From NCBI RefSeq assembly GCF_009914755.1, contig NC_060926.1: 64,000 nucleotides of DNA. One strand, given 5' to 3'. The notes under the pieces were generated by a model, which did no database searches, was not told the origin of the DNA, and saw only the letters and a program-made list of their open reading frames with translations. This stretch comes from the human T2T-CHM13v2.0 reference genome, Homo sapiens. A program made the position numbers and the translations under genes. Positions 61,661 through 64,000 of the stretch are shown piece after piece (position 1 is the first letter of the stretch; each line of letters starts with the position of its first letter).

Positions 61661-62563
61661 CTGTAACAATATATGTCACACATAGTGCTTTGAAATTGAA
61701 TTTAGTAATTATTCTGTATTTTCAAATAGCAATTCTGTAGGGTACTAAACAGTTTTAAAATATTCTAACAAAGTCATTGCTTTAAATGTCATATTAATTT
61801 TTAAGGTGGTAATAAGTGTGGAATGAGTGATTTAGTCATCTTTATTAAAGACTGTATGCCCACATGCGTAACATTTTGTTAGAAAACCAGGATGAGAACA
61901 TAGCGCATTTTCGTGCAGAGGTGGGAGTGGGCAGTGTCTAAAAAAAATAACTTTATGAACAAAACCTGTTCACTTTAGATGTGATTAACCTCCCAGTGCC
62001 ATCTGCATTATTAATGTGATGGGATTATTATACTATCCTAATGTATTTGAATTTCTATTAATGTTTTCTCCATTAAATAAACAAATAAAAGTGGTTGAGA
62101 AAGAGATGACATTTGTTTTAACTGTTCATTGTGGAATTTTTTTTCTAAAGCAGTGGTGGTTTGTTAAATACAAACTATTAAATGAATGATATTTCATGAG
62201 AGGTTTTGAACCTAATTATAACAAATGTCATCATGTTCTTTATTAAAAGGATTTGAAAAATTTCTCAGCAGAAAAAAATTGATACCTAAATCCTTATGAT
62301 ATTTAAATCATTCCATTAATTTAAAAATTATAAGTTGAATTGACAGTACACTTAATTTAAATTTATAATCAAATTGAGTTATTAATTGAATAACTTGCAG
62401 TCCTATGGGACATACTTCTGTGTACCATTTTGTAAATCGTCTTGTTGAAAGAAATGGTTATGAAAAGTAGTATCAGTTAAATTAGAATGAAGATATTGTG
62501 AGTGTGACACAATGGCTAATGTCAAACTTTAACAAAAGATCCTTCTTAAAAATAGTTGTTCTG

Positions 62564-62809
62564 CAATGAGAACACATGGAAACAGGGAGGGGAACATCAT
62601 ACTCCAGGGTGTGTTGGGGAGTCTGGGGCAAGGGGAGGGAGAACATTAGGCCAAATACCTAATGCACGTAGAGCTTAAAACCTAGATGATGGGTTGATAG
62701 GCACAGCAAACCACCATGGTACATGTATACCTATGTAACAAACCATGTTCTGCACATGTATCCCAGAACTTAAAGTAAAATTTAAAATAAAAAACAAAAT
62801 AAAAAAAAA
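62564..62809 (+). mobile_element. 5'-truncated L1PA (PA7/8-like) 3' end
   Basis: CAATGAGAACACATGG...CAAATACCTAATGCA...CTTAAAACCTAGATGATGGGTTGATAGG...CCCAGAACTTAAAGTA, then A-rich tail. Confidence 0.95.
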
Positions 62810-62954
62810 GCGAGAGAAGAGAAGAAGACACAACTACAAAAGAGAAGTCCACGTGAGGGGAGTGTGGCCCTGCTAACATCTTGATTTCAGACTTCAGCCC
62901 TTCAGAACTACAATAAACTTCTATAAGCCAAAGGAAAACAAAACAAAACAAAAC
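62810..62954 (+). mobile_element. MLT1 LTR fragment plus second A-rich tail (candidate L1 3'-transduced segment)
   Basis: GTGTGGCCCTGCTAACATCTTGATTTCAGACTTC, AATAAA at 62912-62917, TAAGCC, then (AAAAC)n. Confidence 0.75.
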
Positions 62955-64000
62955 GTTGTTTTGTTATTTTGAAATTTCAGAGATAATAATTTTTACATTT
63001 ATAAGGCTTTGCAATGATTTTCTTAAAGGGTGATACAAATATGATGTTATTTCAAATGTGAAAATGAATGATAAAATCCATTTCAATCATATTCTCATTT
63101 CACATATTTTTTGTTAAATGTTCATTTATTATTATGTTTAGTTGAGAAATAATGTAGTTTGGCTTCCATTACAGTATTTCTAAGATTACTATCAGAATTA
63201 ATGTTCCCATATTCCCAGTATTGGAAATTATAGATTCAATATTTTCATGAGCTACAAAATTATTCTCTCTGTGTCTGGCTTTTCTCTGCCTCTCTGTCTC
63301 TCTCTGTCTTTAGCTTATAAAATTTATGCACTTTTAATATTATTATATTCTCTGGTTTCAGTCTTAATAGGACCATTAATCCAATTATTTTTGCAGTATA
63401 ATTTCAAGCACAATTTTTTGAATATATTTTAATACTTTATTGAAAATATATTGAATCAAGAACATGTGGGTTAGATGACAAATGAAAAAGAGATGCCACC
63501 ACAAGGTAGAGACCTGTATCTCTGAAGTATACAATTGATATCTTACAAGGAATTAATAGAATTGACTTTTTTTAAAATATTATGGGCATTAATCCCATAT
63601 CCAGACCCCATTAAAGAAACCCATAAATAGAGGAATGTTTAAATTTTGAAGTCTCTTGACTTGGCTCTTGGCTAGTAATTCAAGTTACTTTTTTCCCCCA
63701 CCAAAAATAGTGAAATTTAGATCCTAACATCACTCTAAAATTCAGTCAAAACAAATGAAATGTAACTTGTGCTCTTCTGAGGGCAGAAACATACAATTTA
63801 TGATATATTAATACAACAGAACTTTTGCAAATGAAGATATTTGCTCCATTTTATGAAAATTGTCTACACATTGCTACATACACACATACAGTATGCATTG
63901 CATGTCTAATGAGATTGGGATTATGTGTTGAATCTTACAGGTTTAAGAAAATAATCTATTTGAAGAATCCTTATATTAATAGATTTGTTTTCCTTGAAAG

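Overview
AT-rich, CpG-poor primate (human-like) genomic DNA. It is dominated by interspersed repeats: about 13 Alu elements or monomers, old L1M and L1P fragments, L2/MIR relics, MaLR (MLT1) LTRs, and MER41A-, MER67-, LTR12- and ERVL-like LTRs, plus microsatellites. I found no credible protein-coding exon, RNA gene or CRISPR array. The ORF track is explained by Alu/L1/LTR sequence and AT-rich noise, so the window looks intergenic or deep intronic. I cannot support a new biological system here. The most interesting signals are mechanistic fossils: (1) a probable L1PA 3' transduction polyadenylated at a borrowed MLT1 LTR poly(A) signal (62.56-62.95 kb); (2) an ERVL dUTPase-like fragment inside an MLT1 LTR (46.75-46.83 kb); (3) a perfect 38-bp-arm inverted repeat with a second inverted copy in a TA-rich tract (15.0 kb); (4) an old L1M with twin-priming-like 5' inversion geometry; (5) several templated-duplication and young tandem-duplication scars. 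Repeat subfamily names come from recalled consensus features, not from a search, and repeat boundaries are approximate unless a target-site duplication (TSD) is quoted.
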